Part shown: positions 1-12,545 of the stretch, piece after piece | Layout: each line of letters starts with the position of its first letter | Numbering within the stretch: the stretch's first letter is position 1 | Origin: Felis catus | Lineage: Eukaryota | Length of the DNA: 64,000 nt | Assembly: GCF_018350175.1 (NCBI RefSeq) | Contig: NC_058369.1 | Coordinates: 1,738,001-1,802,000 of the forward strand | Direction of reading: 5' to 3' | Program-made: the position numbers and the translations under genes | The notes under the pieces: generated by a model | Seen by the model: only the letters and a program-made list of their open reading frames with translations | Told to the model about the DNA's origin: nothing | Database searches by the model: none

Positions 1-228
1 CAGTGGCCTGGTGAGCCCAGGTGACGCCCAGGGTGAAAGCCCAGAGCCCTCAGGGCACAGGGGGCCTGAGCCGCGGTCCCTGGCAGCGGCAACTGAAGGA
101 ACGCTGGGTGCCTCTCCAGGAGGCCTCGGCTGCGGTCTCAGCCCCCAGAGCTCCGAGGCTGTGGGAGGGCCAGCGGCCGGGAACCCGATAAAGACAGTGT
201 GAGAGAGATCACTAAGATAGCGTCTTCG

Positions 229-400
229 TTCTGCCCCCAGGAGATCCTGGGCCACGTCTAGGGACATCTGTGGTCATTACACGGGGGGAGCTCCTGGCAT
301 CGAGGGGGTGGGGCCAGCGACGCTGCTCAGCCCTCACAAAGCCCCGGACGCCCCCAGAGAGTGACCCGCCTGACCTTAGCGGTGCTGGGGCGGGGGGAGC
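229..400 (+). mobile_element. MER20-like hAT MITE
   Basis: tctgcccccaggag...gggacatctgtggtc...ctcctggcatcgag...ggcca. Confidence 0.7.
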
Positions 401-2240
401 CCACAACGGGTCTCCAGTTCTTGCTAGCACGTCAGCTCTGTGGAACCGAGGGTTTTCCCCATGCGGTCACTGCCGTTTCTCCATGGCCAGGCCCAGGCAC
501 ACGGAAATCCCTGCTAAGGGAAGGGCTACCCTGTGCCCCGGACGTAACCACCCCAGGGACCGCACTAGAAGGTGTGACACAGGCCAGATTCCACACCTGG
601 GAGGCCCGAGGCGGCTTCTGAGGGTTTGTGCCATTTAGGTGAGTCCCAAAGGAAGGGACTGTACCGGGCCAGAGCCACCAGCCACTGCTCCAGATCACGG
701 AGGGGGGAACATTCCAGAAGCCAGACTCAGTCCCCGAGGCGGGGGTTGCGGCAGCCAGGCTGCCCACCCCCAATCCTGTGCCTTTGCTTCTGTGCTACGG
801 CCTCTGCTCTGGCCACTGGGTCATGCCTGGGTCGAGTGGGTTTCGGGGTGCAGGTGTGCCGGTACCCTGAACCCCCAAGGTCACAGGCCAGTGCTTCCTT
901 CTCCCTCCTTAACCCGGTGAAAGGGGCCAGCTGGGGCCTGGGTCCACGGAGGCTCTGGATCTGTAAGGGGGATGGGGGCGGGGAGACAGAGTGACCCTGG
1001 AACTCTCGGTGCTGGAATGTCCTGGGGAACAGGGACAGGGTAGTCACAGAGCTCCAACAAGGGTGGGGGAGAGCTGGAAATACCGCACCTGTGCCCACAG
1101 AGGCTGGAGGCCCAGCGGGGGCAGACCCCGTGGACCTTCTCTGCCCCCTTGTGGTCGCCAGCGGGAACTGCAGCATCCTGTGGGGCGGGCAGAGGGGGGA
1201 CCCCTGAGCCCCAAGCCCCCGGAGCAAACACCCCAAACTCCCGGTCGTCCTTGAGCTCTGACATCTGTTGGAGGGCTGGTTCTGCCGTCAAGACAGGTGG
1301 CGGGGCCCCTGCTCGGCGACACCCCGGCTGCTCAGGTGGTAAACCCTGGCCAGGGTCTCGCGTGTCTGTGCACCTGCAGGTGAGCAGACTGTGTTCGACG
1401 AGTGAGTACCAAATTAGCACGTAACCAGGGAAAGCCCGGCAGCCCCCTGGAGGGGTGCCTCCGTTGTGACAGAGAGCTCCCCGCGGGACCTGCCCACGGA
1501 GCACCTGCTCACCGCACCACTCCACGCCCCTCTGCACGCTGCCCCGCGTCCCCCTGGGGCAGGGGGCAGGCTCACCAGTCCGTCTGCTTCAAAGATTTAA
1601 GCGTAAAAGATGCAATCCGCACAAAGTGCAGGTTAATTGCTCTTTGTCATCTTGAAATTTGGGGGCACGCCAAAGACAACACATTCCCTACGAGAACGCC
1701 CACGGCGAGTAGAGGGAACAGCGCGCTCCGAAAAACATTCGCGGCCTACGTGACGGACACCAGACGGCATCCAAACGGAGAAAGACAGGAAGTTCCGACA
1801 CACGTGTCAGAAGAGTTCAAACACGTCGATGAGACAGAGGCCCCGCCGGGAAGGTCAGTAAAGAGCACAGCCAGGCCGCGCACAGAACACACAGCTCAGG
1901 GGAGAAACTGAAGCCCGAATGACCCGGACTCGGCAGCCCTGAGGCGGCCTGGCTGCTCCCCGGGGACGGTGCGTTCCTGGAGGGCACTGGGGCTGTCGGA
2001 CAGGCGACGAGGACACCCGGACTCTCCCTCTCTCTCTCACACGCACTGCAAGCACACACGTGAGCATTTACCCCAAACGACAACCAGCCAAGGGTGTATT
2101 AAGTTTGCACAGAGACAGTCATCCCGGAATATGAAAGAAAGAAAGAGAGAAAGAGAAAAGAAAAACAGGAAACCCCTCCCCAACCCACCCAGAGACCAAT
2201 TAAATCAGTTATAAAATTATTTTAAAAGAAATGTGGCACA

Positions 2241-2455
2241 GGGGCGCCTGGGCGGCTCAGTCAGCTAAGCGTCCGACTCTTGGTTTCGTCTCAGGTCACG
2301 ATCTCACGGTTCGTGGGTTTGAGCCCCGCGTCGGGCTCTGCGCTGACAGTGTGGAACCTGCTTGGGATTCTCTGTCTCCCTCTCTCTCTGCCCCTCCCCA
2401 CTCCCAGTGTCTCTGTATCTCTCAAATAAATAAATAAACTTTCAAAGAAAAAAAA
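2241..2455 (+). mobile_element. CAN-SINE (SINEC_Fc-like)
   Basis: ggggcgcctggg head with A/B boxes, (CT)-rich body, aataaa tail; degenerate TSD aaagaaatgtggcaca/aaagaaacgtgttaca. Confidence 0.93.
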
Positions 2456-2718
2456 GAAACGTGTTACAATTCGCCTAGAATATGGGATGCTAAGCCAGCG
2501 TCCAGAAAGATGACGGAAACACAGGTTTCCCGTCGAGGAAAGACGCCCCTCAAGCAAAACCAGCACGTTACAGAGTAAATCCTTTGGCTCTAAAATCACG
2601 CGTGTGGATGTAACTCCCGGAGATCCGGGCAGAACGCGCCCCAAGACGTCAGCACGGCCGGCGCCGGGCGGGGCCTTTAGGAAACTCTGCGGCCCCTTTG
2701 TGTGCGTTTACACTTCTT

Positions 2719-2936
2719 TTTTTTTTTTTTTTTAACGTTTATTTATTTTTGAGACAGAGAGAGACAGAGCATGAATGGGGGCGGGGCAGAGAGAGAGGGA
2801 GACACAGAATGGGAAGCAGGCCCCAGGCTCCGAGCCATCAGCCCAGAGCCCGACGCGGGGCTCGAACTCACGGACCGCGAGATCGTGACCTGAGCTGAAG
2901 TCGGACGCTTAACCGACTGAGCCACCCAGGCGCCCC
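2719..2936 (-). mobile_element. CAN-SINE (young SINEC_Fc-like)
   Basis: Full-length reverse copy, TSD tacacttctt at 2709-2718 and 2937-2946. Confidence 0.95.
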
Positions 2937-4278
2937 TACACTTCTTCAACAGGACAGCGGTCTGCCTCCAGCTGGCCGGCTGCCCTGTGAGCCGGACTTC
3001 ACACGGGAAATCTGTGTGGGTCCCACCGGGCGCCCACACGTCACGCCCACCCCAGGGCTCCCGTTTCGGCTCTTGGTCTCTGTCCTCAGGGACAGCCTCT
3101 CTCCTGAGCTGAGCCCATGACCACTGCGAGCTTACTGAGGGGCACCTCGCAGGCCAGAAAGCTCGCCGGGTGGAAACACGGTTGGAGGAGTCGGCAGCGA
3201 GGGTGCCAGGGCGTGAAATCACCCCCCACGCAGTCTTCCTGCCACACATCCACAGAGTCCCCGTTCCCTCCCCAGCCCCTGGCGGCCACCAAGCACCTTC
3301 CCGTCCCTGCAGACCAGCCTTTGCTGGAAACTTCCCCGAGACGGACCCACAGCACGTGCGTCTTCTGGGGCTGCCTCCTTCTGACGTTTTTTCTTTTAGA
3401 CTCAGGCGCAGACACACGGCTTGGGAATATCCAACATCACAGAGACATCCGATCTCCCTCAAATTTACCGATAAATCAAACACAACCCGAATCAAAATTC
3501 CCTCGGCATTTCGGTTGGAAGCCAGAGGTTGACTGTAAGTGAAGATCACAGATCACACGACAGAGAAAACCGCGGGAGGGTGGCGGAGACCTCCGTGGGC
3601 AGGTGCAAGGGGAGAGACGTGGGGCTACCGCAGGCCGAGCCGCCTTGCCCAGCTCACCTTCACGCCGTCCCTCCTCCCACACGACAGAAGCCACCCAACA
3701 CCCTCTGGAAATGAGACCAGATGGACAGACGGCCGAAGTCAAGAGAGCAGGATCTCAGCCTTGTTTGTCTCTACGGCTACCTTGGTAAAAAGAACGCCCC
3801 TGAGGCCACGTAGTGCCTCCCAGCCGCCAGGACGGGAGCCAGCTTTGAGATAACGTCTGTCACATCCAGTGACTCGGCTCTGGTCCTGCCAGTGGCCACC
3901 CTGCACGCCCCGCTGAAGCCCTTCGGGTGAGGCGCCCGCCTCCACAGCAAGCCACCCCCCCCCCCAGCCTGGCCCAGAATGGCCAGCCATTCAACGTCCC
4001 CTTGAACTCTGACGGTCGAGTAGGAGACACATCACGGCACTGACCTGTGCACGAGGCTTAGCTGTCCTCAGCGCCGAGGCTCAGGAACCCGATGTCCGCT
4101 CCCTGGAAGAAAAATGGAACAGTTCAGTGGAGCACCATTTGGCCAGAAACACGTGTTCGGCAGCGGCGGTGAGGAAGGGTCTGGAGCTCACGGTCAGACC
4201 GTCATGAAGGCCTGCCTTTCGGCTGCTCCGCCAGACTCAGGACCTCCCGGTGCAGAAGTGGAACTTGACGTACTTTAC

Positions 4279-4339
4279 CAGAAAGGTCTGTTAGAAATTT
4301 GCGAGGTCGTCCCCACTAAATTCTCCAAATGCTCCCAAA
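4279..4339 (-). other. Candidate internal 5'UTR exon of GNG7 (61 nt)
   Basis: Minus strand tcctttcctgtttag|TTTGGGAGC...CCTTTCTG|gtaaag in non-repeat sequence; splice-signal evidence only. Confidence 0.4.
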
Positions 4340-4601
4340 CTAAACAGGAAAGGATTGGATGCTCACGTGACCTTTCATGCCTTATCAGGACGTTCTCCTA
4401 CGTGACTTGACTCTCAGAGTCCCCTGTGAGGAAAAGGTGGAAACTGAGTCAACCCCCTGCCCCAGGGCACCCACCAGGTCACCGGGGTCTGCCTGCCGAG
4501 ATGTGAGGACCAAATGCAAGGTGGGATCCAGGATGGGGTCCCGGGGCAGGACAAGGACCACAGGGGCAAACTGGTGAAATCTGAATAAAGAGTGGGGCTG
4601 A

Positions 4602-4823
4602 GGGGCACCTGGGTGGCTCAGTCGGTTGGGTGTCCGACTTCAGCTCAGGTCACGATCTCGCGGTCCGTGAGTTCAAGCCCCGCATCGGGCTCTGGGCTGA
4701 TGGCTCAGAGCCTGGAGCCTGTTTCCGATTCTGTGTCTCCCTCTCTCTCTGCCCCTCCCCCGTTCATGCTGTCTCTCTCTCTCCCAAAAATAAATAAAAA
4801 ACGTTGAAAAAAAATTAAAAAAA
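4602..4823 (+). mobile_element. CAN-SINE (SINEC_Fc-like)
   Basis: Typical head, body and A-rich tail. Confidence 0.93.
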
Positions 4824-5289
4824 CCCAAAAACTCAAAAGATGCCAGCTCCCTTTTCTCAGAGTTCAGGGCCATTGTGTTGTCAACCTGGGGCCAGGATGG
4901 AGAAGCGAAGTCCCCACCATCACCTGCAGGTGGCGCCGCTGCCTCAGTAACGCCCCAGACGCGGCTGGGGAGCTGCGGGAGCGCCCCGCAGAGGCCAGAG
5001 GGCGCCTCGCTGCTGGGGGCGGCGGGGGGGTGAGAAACAAGGGCCCGTCCAATATGCACCCCCTACCCGTCCTGGAGAACTCCCTTCACTCACTTCAGCC
5101 TTGTAGGGGACGTCCGCACATACGATCATTCAAGTTTTTATTTCTGACTCAATTAAAGACTCACGAGAAGGTGCAAAACCGTGCACAGGGGTCCTGGGCA
5201 CCTCGCACCCAGCTCCAACCGTGCTGGCTCCCTGCACAACCAGGGGCCGTTGTCCAAACCAGGAAACTGACCCGTCACTAGGCATTGTT

Positions 5290-5765
5290 TTCTAAGGCCT
5301 TCTTACCGAGACACGGTCCTCAGGCCACACAGTTAATTCACACACAACACACAGTTCGGGCTTTTTACTATTTTCACACTTGTGCAACCATCGCCATGAA
5401 CAATTTTAGGACTTTTTCATCACCCCTGAAGGAAGCCCCATCCCCATCAGCCATCACCCCTCCCCAGCACCCCCGGCCCCCACGAGCCCCCTCCCTGTCC
5501 CTGGATGAGCCTGTTCTGGGCGTTTCACACACGTGGACTCACACCCCGTGTGGCCTCTCGTGTCTGGTTCCCTCCCTGAGCGTCGTGTGTTCAGGATCCG
5601 TCCGCAGGGCGGCAGGGGTGGGTGCCTCGCTGCTGTTCACGACCAATCATGTGCCCGTGCATGGACGGACACACTGCGTGTACCCCTTCGCTGCTGATGG
5701 GCACTTGGGTGTTTCCACCTCCTGGTTGCTGCTGCTATGAATCGTGCTGCTGTGGACATGGGGTC
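5290..5765 (-). mobile_element. Old L1M (L1MB-like) 3' end fragment
   Basis: ttgtgcaaccatc..., ctgatgggcacttggg, tgctgctatgaa motifs of antisense L1M 3'UTR; boundaries approximate. Confidence 0.7.
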
Positions 5766-7179
5766 ACGACTCCCTTTAAAGATGGTTTCTCACCTCTGCC
5801 TTCACACGTGCCAACCGCAAATCTCCCCGTCCCTAGCCCTTCAACACCAGCCGCTGGCTGTCCTCCAACCCTGGGACCTGAACTTGAGCACTGAGGCGAC
5901 CCCCGCAGACAACCAGACCAGCTCGTCCGCGGCCCACGAGACAGGCTGTGAGTGGCACCAGCTGGCGCCTGCCCGTCCCCGTGACCTTCACCCAGGCAAA
6001 AATGCTGGGCTTTCACTTTCCCCATCAGGGGGACCCACAGGCCATCCTGAAGGACCAGCAGTGGGATGAAGAGGTGGGACCCTGGTACCCCGGGGCCTAC
6101 CGACCCCACACGGACCCGCCGGAGGCACTGCCGGGAAGCACAGTCACAGACACCAACAAAGGAAACTCTGGTGGGAAGGGCCACGTGCCGAGGGGGCCGT
6201 AAACCACGCTGGAAACAGACACCATTCGTGACTGCGGCCACTGGGGCGCCTGCATGGGAAGGACTCTCACCTACATTTATCCTGGGCCACAGTTCTTACA
6301 ACCTGGAACCCCATCTTGTCCACGTGCTTCCTTTTTCTTTTCTTTTCCTTTAAATTGAGATGTGATCCACCGATCATAAAAGCCACCCTTTGGGAGTGTC
6401 CAATTCAGCGGCTTTTAGGATATCCGCGAGGTTGTACGAACGCTGGGCTAATTGCAGGACGACGTGGTCGTTACCCCCTGGAGAGACCCCCGCCCGCCAG
6501 CATTGCTAGGATCGTGTGTCTTGGGAGAAGGGAGACCCCGGAGTGCCTGGGCCGCGGTTTACCGCAGGCCGCGCACTCGGCATGCGCTCAGTAAACCACT
6601 GGGGTTTCCTGTCCCGGTTGGTGCTACGGGAAAGCCTGCGGAGCCCAGAGGACCCAGGGAAGACCAGGCCGCCCCGCAGAGCTGCTCCCTGTGGGCCGGT
6701 TCCAGCCCGAGCCTCGCCTCTGAAACGGAACGAGCAGGAACCCCGCTGCACGCCGACAGGACGGGCCCAGGGGCTCAGGGAGCCCCTGTTCTCAGCCGCT
6801 GATAAAGGAAGACAAAACCCGCGGATCACAAACCAAAGGCGCGCTGGGTCTTCCGCCATTAATTTCCCAGTGGGGTGGTTTCTATTCCCCTCGTAATTCT
6901 GGAGGGGCTCCACAGATCTGCAGCCTAGTATCTCCGCACGGTGAGCCGGGACATGGGCAGGGGGACCCTTAGCTCCCACACCTGGAGACCCCAAACTGCC
7001 CCAAACAGGGCCGTGAAACTACGCGTCAGGGGAGACGACAGGCCGACTGCTACTTGAGAGTCTGTGCCCAGCGGGACACACTAGCTCGGGAGCTGCTGCC
7101 ATGTCCAAGCGCCCCGTGTCCTCCTGGGAAGCAAACCCCTTTTCGGGCAGGACCCTGTTACCGACCTCCTGGGCCGGGG

Positions 7180-7390
7180 GAGGGGCGAGGCGAAGACTGA
7201 ACCCGAATGTCAACGAGGACTTTGGTCAACGGTCACGTATTAATATCGGCCCATCGACTGCAACAAATGTGCCCCACTACGGCAAGATGGTGACAACGGG
7301 GGAAATGTGGAGGGGGCAGGGGGTACGTGGGAGCTCTATTTTCTGCATTTTTCCATCACCTAACACTACTCTAAAAAGCAGTCTATTAAG
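7180..7390 (+). mobile_element. L1M (MC/MD-like) terminal fragment
   Basis: tgcaacaaatgtgcc, gggagctctatt, ctaacactactctaaaaa. Confidence 0.6.
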
Positions 7391-7430
7391 AGAAGATCTT
7401 GAAGAGACAAATCAGGAGAATTCTGAATTT

Positions 7431-7506
7431 AGAAAGGAGGAGGGAGGAGGGAGGAGGGAGGGGGGAGGGGGGAGGGGGGGAGGGGGAGGGGGAGGGGAGA
7501 GGGAGC
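7431..7506. repeat. Pure polypurine (G/A) low-complexity tract
   Basis: agaaaggaggagggaggagggagg...ggggagagggag with no pyrimidine. Confidence 0.9.
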
Positions 7507-7920
7507 CTGTCTTAGACCAGATGATCGCAAAGTGCTCACATTCACCAGTGATTGCTTCAACGAGCTGTTATGAACCGGACCCACAGAGAAGCTGGGTCAG
7601 TCTTGGCCAAATGCATTGCCTACTTTCCCCCCGACCCCCGGAAGCCTCTGCAAGTGATGTAACAATACGATACGGCAAGGATCCGACTCTCCTGACCGCT
7701 CAGGCCCGGAAAAACCTACACCAGAGCCATCCTCCCCGCTGCCCCCTGCCCCCCGCCCCCCGGCCCAGGGACCACAGCAGCCCCCTGAGTGGATCAGACA
7801 AGAGCCCTAATACAATCAGTCCCAAACCGCCTCTCTCAGATTACTCCCAGATCCCATTTGGCCAACGGAAAGCACATCGTGGCCAGGGATCAGCGGATTT
7901 CTGCGAGACGGCACCGAGCG

Positions 7921-8040
7921 GCACACTACCCCTTCGCTGTCCGTGGTCCCCACGGGGCTCGGAGCGGCTCGCCGTGACACGCACACTACCCCTTCGCTGT
8001 CCGTGGTCCCCACGGGGCTCGGAGCGGCTCGCCGTGACAC
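7921..8040. repeat. Perfect 60-bp tandem duplication
   Basis: 7921-7980 and 7981-8040 are identical. Confidence 0.98.
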
Positions 8041-9229
8041 GGCAGCGGAGACCTGAGACTCCTGCCCTCAGCACTGACTCGCCTGACGTCTCCACCTGCA
8101 CCTCTGGCAGCCGTTACCTTTTTCTAACGGTGAGCACTGAACCGCACTGGAGTTTCACTGGAGTTTTCGTTGTCTTGTTTTCCCAATGTCTATCGACCTG
8201 ATAATCTGGGGAGACACAAGAGCCCAACGGGGCCCAGGAGATTCAGCAGAACAACAGGGGTGAGAAAAGGAAGCCTTTGGAATCTCGCGAATTACCACAG
8301 CGTAAATGCCAGCGCGTCCCTTCTGAAACGGAAGGAAGCCCCTGCCTGTATCCCCTTCCCTGCAAAGCAGGTCTCTCCCTCCACCCCCAGCACCCCTGAC
8401 TGTCTGTGAGGGCCACCTTGGGCGTCGTGGGGCATCGAGCGTCACCCCTCAACCCCACCCATGCGATGCCAAGGGCACCCCAGTCGCGATGACCACAAAC
8501 ATTCTCCAGGCCCCCACCCCCCACCCCAGCGGGGACCCAGCACTCGGCAACAGGCAGATCTTCCCTGCCTGGGCCACAGTTCGCGTCTCCGTCTCCGGGA
8601 ACGGAGTGGATGGGACCGGGGCGTTGGAGCCCCCTAGCTCCCCACACTGATGCCCACCCCCCCGCGGGCAGCAGGAGTGCAGGCCTCCAGGGAGGCTCCA
8701 GATAGCAATGCAGCCGCTGTCCTTCATGCACTCATTGCCACAATCACCCCAGCCTTCCCCCGTCACCACAGCAACCATCTAAATATGTCACCCTGACTGA
8801 TTCTGATTGCAAATGAAGTTGGGGGAGGAGGAGCCTGGGGGAAGGCACCGGTGGGGAGGCACGGGGGGCGGGGGGGGGGGGGACAGGAGGTGAGGCGGCT
8901 GGTGGAGGGCTCCGCCAGGACTGGCCCAGATCAGGCGCCATCACACCCCTGATCAGACGGGACACGAGGGCACCGCTCGCTTCACCCCAGGGTTAAAGGT
9001 CTCCGGGTGCCGAGCACAAGAAGGCAGCTGGAGTGCCGCCGCCCTTTGATCCCAGGTCCGCGGTGCCTCTGGAGATCCTCCAGACCCTCCTCCACTTAAC
9101 CCAGACTGGGGGGGATGGGGGCGTCACCTGCTCCATTCCATCTGACCAGGACCACCGCGGTTTCTTCTGCTGTCACACGTGGTCAGGGACCTGACTCGAC
9201 TGTTTTCCAAATTATCATCACAGGGTCTC

Positions 9230-9410
9230 CCCCTACCAACCTCGCACTGCAGACATTGGGCTGGGTGGTTCTCTGCAGGGCATCCCGGGTGCCGTGGTGG
9301 CTGAGCAGAGTCCCTGGCCCCCGTCCCCATCGATGCCAGGAGCCCCCCAGTCATGAGGATCACAGACATCCCCAGACACTGCCCCTTGTCCCAGGGGGCA
9401 GGGCCGCTTC
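9230..9410 (-). mobile_element. MER20-like hAT MITE
   Basis: ccctggcccc...gatgccaggag...cccagacact. Confidence 0.65.
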
Positions 9411-9816
9411 CCTGTGCAAGGCAGCGGTCATCAAACCCACACCGCCTGGAACTGTAGCATATGGGGGGACAGGCAACTGATTTAGGAGATGACCAATTTC
9501 CAACAGAAGAAAAAAAGAAAGAAAACAAAATGTGTACAAACATTTCTTTTTCCACTCGAAATTAAACTAACTACACCGAGTCCCACGGAAGGGGGGTGGT
9601 GGGGACATATATCCTTATATCTGAGAGGCAGCATTGCCAAACACTGTCTGTCCTGACTTCACGGCTTAGGGACTCTTCTGTGCCTCAGTTTCTGAATCTG
9701 TAGCACACAGATGATGGGAGCACCTACCCCGTGAGTGGTTTTCAGATTAAATAGCTGAACATATATAAGCTGCTTATATCAGCGCCTGACACTGTTAATA
9801 CTATACAACTGCTTTA

Positions 9817-9991
9817 GGGGCGCCTGGGCGTCTCAGTCGGTTAAGCATCTGACTCTTGACTTCGGCTCAGGTCGTGATCTCACGGTTCGTGGGTTCGAGC
9901 CTCACTCACATCAGGCTCCACAATGACAGCACGGAGCCTGCTTGGGGTTCTCTCTCTCCCTCTCTCAAAATAAATAAACGTTAAAAAAAAA
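9817..9991 (+). mobile_element. CAN-SINE
   Basis: Head and tail, shortened body; TSD-like acaactgcttta/acaacttcctta. Confidence 0.9.
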
Positions 9992-10087
9992 CAACTTCCT
10001 TATTATATGATACGTATCGCAGAGTAAGTTACATGCCACAACTTCTTCATTACTCAGGACTCGTGTGATCTGCTTTGTTGACAAGAC

Positions 10088-10526
10088 CAGGGTCCAGCAA
10101 AGTGTTCCCGGGAAGGGCCAGACGGTCACTATTTTTGGCTTTGTGGGTCAGGTGGTCTCTGTCACTACTGCTCGCTCGACGCGGCTGCGGGGGACAAACA
10201 GGTGCGGTCACGTGCCAATAAAACTTTATTTACAGGGGCACCTGGGGGGCTCAGTCGGTAACGTGTGCGGCTTCGGCTCAGGTCATGCTCTCACCATTCA
10301 AGAGTTCGAGCCCCATGTCAGGGCTCTGTGCTGACAGTTCAGAGACCGCTTTGGATTCTGTGTCTCCCTCACTCTCTGCCCCTCCCCCACTCACACTCCG
10401 TGTGCGTGTGTGCGTGTGTGCGTGTATGTGTCTCAAAGATAAATAAACATTACAAAAAAAAAAAAACCCTTCATTTACAAAAGCAGGAGGCCTGGATTCA
10501 GCCCACAGGCTGTAGTTTGTGACCCC
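10088..10526 (+). mobile_element. MER58A-like DNA transposon split by a SINE
   Basis: aagggccagacggt...ttttggctttgtggg; ccaataaaactttatttaca[SINE]aaag...tagtttgtgacccc. Confidence 0.7.
10235..10466 (+). mobile_element. CAN-SINE inserted in a MER58-like element
   Basis: SINE head and tail; flanks continue the MER58-like sequence. Confidence 0.9.
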
Positions 10527-10561
10527 CGGAACAGAAGTCAGTCTATTAAAACACAGCACTA

Positions 10562-10765
10562 GGGGCGCCTAGGTGGCTCTCTCAGTTAAGCATCCAACTC
10601 TGGCTCAGGTCATGATCCCAAGGTGAGTTCGAGCCCCGTGTTGGGCTCTGTGCTGACAGCTCAGAGCCTGGAGCCTGCTTCGGATTCTGTGTCTCCCTCT
10701 CTCTTTACCCCTACCCCCCTCACACTCTGTCTCTCTCTCTCTCAAAAATAAATAAACATTAAAAA
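10562..10765 (+). mobile_element. CAN-SINE
   Basis: Typical head, body, tail. Confidence 0.92.
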
Positions 10766-11204
10766 CAGGGTTTGTTTTTTTTTTTAACATGGCACTATTT
10801 TAGCCACAAATTCTCATATCCAGGCGCCACCACAGAGAGACCAGGGCCATCTCATCCTGAAGCTAGACCCTGGGTCACATGGAAAAGCTCCACGCTGCCC
10901 CTGACTGTCACCCAGCAAAATTACCTCCAACCATCCTGCCACACAAAACACCCACAACCACAGAGGGGCCACTTCCGCTGCTGCCCGGAAGGTCACCTTG
11001 AAAAAAATCCATCACCCGACTTTCTAGTAAATACCTCGTCTTCATCAGTGGGCTAGCAAACCTTGGCTGCAAAGGGCGCCCTAAACGTCTAGGTCTGGTG
11101 AATGAAATCGCCACCGGTAATGCCCTTGATGACCGCCGCCCCCCTCCCCCCGCCACTGCCCAGTGGGACAGGGTTTCTGCACACGGAAAGTCTGAGAAGC
11201 CGCC

Positions 11205-11470
11205 ACAGCCCAGTGGGGCTGTGTCATGTGGGGGTCCTGGATGAAGTTCTGGGGCAGAAAAAGATAATTAGGGGGAAAGCAGAGAAGTCCAAAGTATGGA
11301 GCACAGTTAATAATGACATAGGAATATTGGCCTATTGACTGTGACAGGTGCACTGCGCTGATGTAAGGCGTTGGCCAAAGGGGCCCCGGCGGCGGGCTGC
11401 GTGGGAACTCTGTACTGCCTTCCCACTTCCTCTGAGGATCTGAAACTATTCTAAAGTGAAAGTTTACTGA
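11205..11470 (+). mobile_element. L1MC-like 3' end fragment
   Basis: gggtcctgga...cagaaaaagataattagggg, gggaactctgtact, tctgaaactattctaaa. Confidence 0.65.
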
Positions 11471-12009
11471 ACAAGAGAAGAGAAGAGTGACGACAGGCAA
11501 TTAGCCGTTGATGCTAGGGAACACTTCAAAGTGTGACTGGGGGAGCACTGAGTCCCTGTGACAGCGTCTAATAATGACACGATTATATAAAACCTAGAAG
11601 AGAAAGACGCTAAAAACAGGATATGCTAATCGACAAGGGAAGTTTGCTCTTCTGACAGGAAGGGGGGAGGAGGGGAGAAGGTGGCTGAGCGGGGCCCCGG
11701 GTCCTGCTGGAGCAAGGCTCTGAGACATCTCCGGCAGACCCGGGCGACAGGGCGCATTCACTCAGGGGGCCGCGGCGTCCAGCGGCACTCAAGCAAGGCC
11801 TGCCGAGTCTGCAGCCGGTGCGCGGGCCTGGAGGAGGGCAAAGGTTTTATGGATGGAGAGTTCTGGAAAATACGAGGGAAGCTGTGGGCCAAAGAAAGAC
11901 AGACAACAACTAATACGGCATCCTGCTCTTTGCACGTGACCCTATTAGATACTTCCATCTACACCGGGGTCTCTCCCCTCCAGCCCCACACACATTCAGA
12001 ACCACCTCA

Positions 12010-12152
12010 TTCTCTGGGGGCGTCCCAGGCACTGAGGGGGGCTGAGAAGCATCCCTGGCCCCACCCCCTCCATGCCAGGAGCATCCCCAGTCATGACAAC
12101 TACATGACCAGTACCCCCTGTGGGGCAAAATCACCCCAGATGAGAACTACTG
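12010..12152 (-). mobile_element. MER20-like hAT MITE
   Basis: gcatccctggcccc...atgccaggag...ggggcaaaatcacccc...gagaactactg. Confidence 0.7.
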
Positions 12153-12184
12153 TCCTACAACACCTAACAATCTAGCTACAACCC

Positions 12185-12268
12185 CTAAGAATAATTATCC
12201 TTTCTCTACAGATGGGGAAACGGAGGCTCAGAGAGGAGATGAAACCAGCCTGAGGTCACCAAGCTAGA
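12185..12268 (-). mobile_element. MIR fragment
   Basis: tacagatggggaaacggaggctcagagagg. Confidence 0.7.
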
Positions 12269-12334
12269 GAAGGGGACAGTCACGCGTGTCGAACACCACT
12301 TCTAACAAGGAGAGGCCTCTGAACTGGGAAGGAG

Positions 12335-12545
12335 GCAGCGCTGACCTATCAGAGACCCGAGACCAAATCTGGCCCACCACTTGCTTTGTAAATAAAGTTT
12401 TATTCAAACACGGCCATGCCGCTTCACGTATACACCATCCAAGGCACAGCTGCACCTCCAAAGGCAGAACCCGGCAACTGCAGCCTCTGGCCTGTAAAGC
12501 TGAAAACACTCACCCTTTGGCCCTTTACAGAAAGTCTGTTGACGC
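12335..12545 (-). mobile_element. MER58A-like DNA transposon
   Basis: tttgtaaataaagttttatt, tggccctttacagaaa. Confidence 0.7.

Noticed and set aside
1321..1375. Possible exon after the acceptor-like ctgctcacctgcag (minus strand)
   Set aside because: No convincing donor at a short-exon distance
2241..2330. tRNA-like A/B boxes in SINE heads
   Set aside because: tRNA-derived portion of CAN-SINEs, not tRNA genes
7101..8201. 366-aa ORF
   Set aside because: Runs through an L1M remnant, a purine tract and the 60-bp duplication; no protein-like signature
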